Of a stretch of 7,649 bases of DNA, positions 5,726 through 7,649 are shown piece by piece. The stretch's first letter is position 1; each line of letters starts with the position of its first letter. The DNA lies in the NCBI GenBank assembly GCA_028693335.1, contig JAQUVR010000029.1:1-7649 (forward strand), written 5' to 3'. Source of the DNA: Candidatus Iainarchaeum sp. GTDB taxonomy: Archaea > Iainarchaeota > Iainarchaeia > Iainarchaeales > CSSED10-239. The position numbers and the translations under genes were made by a program. The notes beneath the pieces are model-generated. The model saw only the letters and a program-made list of their open reading frames with translations. It made no database searches and was not told the DNA's origin.

Positions 5726-7063
5726 ATGAATGCTAAATTTAAATTATTATTTGTGTTTTTTTTAATTATGTTATGTGACCCAATTTTTGCAACATCTACT
5801 ACAACCGCACAAAATATTAGTAGACAATATCTTTTAGATAATGAATTTATTGATGTTAGTGCAAGTTATATTTCTTGTGATAATTCTAATTATTATTTAG
5901 TTGCAATTATTGATGTAAAAAGCAACATTGTTTTTTATGTTCCAATATCTTCAGAAAGTGGAGAAGTCTATAAGACTCTAGGTCAAGATAATAGAATTAA
6001 ATCTTTATTCAAGTCTGCAAATTTAATTACTGAAATTAGTAAACAAACAAGTACAAATTATTTAACCACTCAACTTATAGACAAAATAGATTCATTAAGA
6101 TTGGTTTTAGAATCAAAAGAGGCAAGACTTGATGGAATTGTTAAATCAAATCATTCTGCTATAATTACTACAAGAGTAAAAGACACTCAATCAAAATTAA
6201 ATACTTTAATTAATCAATTAAAAGAACTACACACAAATTTATCCACAGCCCAAAAAAATCAAACAGATTTTTTAGGATCTCCAAACTGTTCAAAAACAGA
6301 TTCTTTAATTTTAACATATAAGAGATCATTTGATGGTTATCAAAATTTAACTAAACAGGCATTAGATTATAGAGATTCAATAAATCTTATAATCACAGAA
6401 ATTGTTTCAGATAAAGAACTTGATGAAAATACAAAAAGAGTTATTTTAAGTTATGTTGAAGCACCAACTAATTTAAGTTCAGATATCAGTTTAATTACGC
6501 AAAGTATTTCTTCAACAAAAAGTTTTTATGATCCAATAGTATCAGAATTAGAAAAAGTTGGTCAAAATAACAAAATTGATCTTATGTTAAAAAATTTTAG
6601 ATCAAGAGAAGATTATATTGTTGCAAAATCATTATTATATGATTATGATTCAGATCTTAAAACAACACTTGACCAAAAAATACAAAATATATTAAATCCA
6701 GAAATTGTTAATTTTTATAAAGATTTAGAAACTGTTAGATTGTTGAGTAGTAATTATGAGCAAATTAATGATCTATACCTTAAAGGAAGATACACAGAAG
6801 CAATACCAAAAATAAGACTTGCAAAAACACAAGTTCAAAAAATTGTGTCAGAAGGATTTAATTATCAACAAGATGAACCAACTGTCATGAAATATTATTT
6901 TCTTATTGTTGGATTTATTATAGTTGTGTTAATTGTTTTATTTATTAATAAAAATAAAATTTTTTCAAGTAAGAAAAAAAAAGAAAATAAGCCAAAACCA
7001 AAAGAAGAAAAATCAAATAACACGCTAGATCAACTTCTAGAAAGGAACGATCCTTTTAGATAA
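5726..7063 (+). CDS. Hypothetical secreted, C-terminally anchored surface protein (signal peptide, helical ectodomain with N-glycosylation sequons, TM helix, Lys-rich cytoplasmic tail); no family recognised
   Basis: MNAKFKLLFVFFLIMLCDPIFA|TSTTTAQ is a signal-peptide-like N-terminus. The ectodomain carries at least seven N-x-S/T sequons (NIS, NHS, NLS, NQT, NCS, NLT, NLS) and heptad-like helical stretches. The TM helix YYFLIVGFIIVVLIVLFI (about 6891-6950) is followed by NKNKIFSSKKKKENKPKPKEEK. AGTGA at 5716-5720 lies 5 nt upstream of ATG 5726. The track start GTG 5717 overlaps the previous stop, and the ATGs at 5720 and 5723 lie within or directly beside the SD. Confidence 0.75.
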   Translation: MNAKFKLLFVFFLIMLCDPIFATSTTTAQNISRQYLLDNEFIDVSASYISCDNSNYYLVAIIDVKSNIVFYVPISSESGEVYKTLGQDNRIKSLFKSANLITEISKQTSTNYLTTQLIDKIDSLRLVLESKEARLDGIVKSNHSAIITTRVKDTQSKLNTLINQLKELHTNLSTAQKNQTDFLGSPNCSKTDSLILTYKRSFDGYQNLTKQALDYRDSINLIITEIVSDKELDENTKRVILSYVEAPTNLSSDISLITQSISSTKSFYDPIVSELEKVGQNNKIDLMLKNFRSREDYIVAKSLLYDYDSDLKTTLDQKIQNILNPEIVNFYKDLETVRLLSSNYEQINDLYLKGRYTEAIPKIRLAKTQVQKIVSEGFNYQQDEPTVMKYYFLIVGFIIVVLIVLFINKNKIFSSKKKKENKPKPKEEKSNNTLDQLLERNDPFR

Positions 7064-7064
7064 A

Positions 7065-7649
7065 TTATCCATTTAGTTCATTTAATTCTTTTTCTGTTGC
7101 TTTATATCTGTTTATTGCAAGTTTAAATTCAACATAATCTTTTGGATGTTTTTTTGTAAGATCATCTATAAATTTTATTCTATTATTTATTATTTGTAAT
7201 AAAGTGTTAATATTGATATTATATTCTTTAGAAATATCTTTTAATATTTCACTCTTATAAGTAATTGGAAGATCACTAGTAAAAAGATCTCCACTATCTT
7301 TTACTTTTGGTTTTTCGGAATAGTTGTAAACTGCATTATATTCTATTTTGTTATCTTTAACATTAAATCCTCTAACCTCATCAATTTCTTTAATAGTTCT
7401 TTTAGTTTCACTACCACCAGAAAACCCCCCGACAATAACAACATCAAGACTTGTTAGTAGTGATGGTTCTAAAGATATTGGTGGAGTGATTAATCTGTTT
7501 ACCAAGTCATTTAAACTTCTTGCGTGTAAAGTAGATAAACAACAGTGTCCAGATGCCATTCCCTGGAACATCAAAGAAATTTCTTCTCCTCTAACTTCTC
7601 CGATTATCAGATAATCTGGTCTTTGTCTAAAAGATTCTTTAATCAGATC
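7065..7649 (-). CDS. Type II/IV secretion-family ATPase, archaeal type IV filament class (FlaI/ArlI/PilB-like); C-terminal ~194 codons, N-terminus beyond the right edge
   Basis: The track ORF (7065-7574) continues in frame to 7649. The reverse complement of 7649-7575 reads DLIKESFRQRPDYLIIGEVRGEEIS, then LMFQGMASGHCCLSTLHA. RQRPDxIIxGExRG (Walker B / Asp box) and the His box GH...STxHA are diagnostic of this family. The C-terminal region SEILKDISKEYNIN...LLQIINNRIKFIDDLTKK...DYVEFKLAINRY resembles the C-terminal helical region that, from memory, is typical of FlaI-like ATPases. Confidence 0.9.
   Translation of the reverse strand, partial: DLIKESFRQRPDYLIIGEVRGEEISLMFQGMASGHCCLSTLHARSLNDLVNRLITPPISLEPSLLTSLDVVIVGGFSGGSETKRTIKEIDEVRGFNVKDNKIEYNAVYNYSEKPKVKDSGDLFTSDLPITYKSEILKDISKEYNININTLLQIINNRIKFIDDLTKKHPKDYVEFKLAINRYKATEKELNELNG

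Noticed and set aside
5718-5729. (TGA)4 trinucleotide repeat giving GTG plus three tandem in-frame ATGs at the start of the 448-aa gene; considered as a slipped-strand phase-variation switch
   Set aside because: Changes in 3-nt units preserve the frame and would only add or remove Met residues, or alter SD spacing slightly. With only four units there is no evidence of variability from a single sequence.
5726-5800. Possible lipobox (LIMLC) in the signal peptide of the 448-aa protein, and LVCS in the CARDB-like protein
   Set aside because: The residues preceding the Cys (M-L, and L-V) do not fit the L-[AS]-[GA]-C consensus. Ordinary signal-peptidase-I-type cleavage (IFA|T, CSA|D) explains both.
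7348-7614. 88-aa plus-strand ORF from the track
   Set aside because: It is antisense to the Walker B / His-box core of the FlaI-like ATPase, so it is a shadow ORF.
1-7649. Scan for tRNA/rRNA/ncRNA (GC-rich islands), CRISPR repeats, transposase or integrase genes, long direct or inverted repeats, and stop-codon reassignment
   Set aside because: No GC-rich structured islands or periodic repeats were seen, and the intergenic regions are short and A/T-only. TAA, TAG and TGA each end at least one well-recognised gene, so the standard code applies.

Overview
Very AT-rich archaeal fragment (by eye, not computed). Standard genetic code: TAA, TAG and TGA all end recognisable genes. The gene content is FtsZ, Sec61-gamma-type SecE, Spt5 with a KOW motif, uL11, type-2 methionine aminopeptidase, an e2b2-type ribose-1,5-bisphosphate isomerase and a FlaI/PilB-type ATPase. 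Together with the compact, overlapping gene layout, this suggests a small-genome, DPANN-like archaeon (inference only). The left half (1-3225) is housekeeping: a partial e2b2 gene on the minus strand, then the conserved archaeal ftsZ-secE-spt5-rpl11 string. secE (2082-2258) is absent from the ORF track. The usual continuation rpl1-rpl10-rpl12 is missing. In its place sits a tightly packed plus-strand block (about 3300-7063) encoding a CARDB-like tail-anchored surface protein, methionine aminopeptidase, an orphan polytopic membrane protein and an orphan 440-aa secreted and anchored helical protein. This block ends 1 nt from the stop of a convergent type-IV-filament (FlaI/PilB-like) ATPase that runs off the right edge. 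The points most worth a second look are: (i) the CARDB-like gene has a textbook signal peptide encoded in frame upstream of its only canonical start, reachable only through an ATA/ATT start or a 1-nt change in an A7 run; (ii) the uncharacterised surface/membrane module with MetAP embedded in it; (iii) the orphan ATPase. No tRNA, rRNA, CRISPR array, transposase or long repeat was seen.
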